A stretch of 64,000 bases of DNA from Eledone cirrhosa (Eukaryota): NCBI GenBank assembly GCA_964016885.1, contig OZ024743.1, positions 14,694,001-14,758,000 on the forward strand, written 5' to 3'. Made by a program: the position numbers and the translations under genes. Numbering within the stretch: the stretch's first letter is position 1; each line of letters begins with the position of its first letter. Shown here in pieces: positions 63,664 through 64,000 of this stretch. The notes beneath the pieces were generated by a model. The model did not search any database. It was not told where the DNA came from and worked only from the letters and a program-made list of their open reading frames with translations.

Positions 63664-63978
63664 ATAATTGTTTCTACTTTTGACACAAGGCCAGCAATAA
63701 ACCAGTGCATTACTGGTACTTTATTTTATCGACCCCGTAAGGGTGAAAGGCAAAGTTAACCTCGGCGGGATTTGAATAGCAAGGGCCGTAACTCTATTCG
63801 TCAAAGCATGGCGTCCGATCCTCTACCGATTCTGCCAATCCACCGCCCTTCAAATGCCGCCGAGGTTAACTTCGTCTTTCATCCTTACGGGGTCGATAAA
63901 ATAAAAACCAGTAATACCAGTGTATTACTGGGTTTTATTTTCTAATCGCTGGCCTTGTGCCAAAAATAGAAACAATTA
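63664..63978. mobile_element. Head-to-head SINE pair: full copy on minus (63664-63848) and partial copy on plus (63850-63978)
   Basis: A- and B-boxes on the minus strand; body shared with the other SINE copies. Confidence 0.85.
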
Positions 63979-64000
63979 TGAAATAATGTGCGCAAATATA

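Overview
AT-rich eukaryotic, almost entirely repeat-derived window with no supportable host protein-coding gene. The SINE family and (TA)n density suggest an octopus/cephalopod genome (inference). It holds two tandem decayed L1/Tx1 LINEs (1-9.7 kb), RTE LINE fragments, a nearly intact Penelope-like element (PLE; RT + GIY-YIG) with an inverted terminal repeat, two internally deleted mariners, a Helitron remnant and tRNA-derived SINEs. The main hidden structure is about a dozen sequence-distinct families of short, (TA)n-embedded, palindromic or partially tandem elements. Nearly all carry a type I hammerhead ribozyme (HHR) motif with a palindromic helix III (about 20 motif copies read by eye, including UUGANAA, CCGAAGA and CUGAGA core variants). 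The best candidate for a new system is at 27.4-29.4 kb (minus strand): an RT-less PLE-like unit with a Myb/SANT (trihelix-like) ORF, a PLE linker, a GIY-YIG endonuclease and a 3' hammerhead. All calls were made by eye; no searches or folding programs were run, and element boundaries are approximate.
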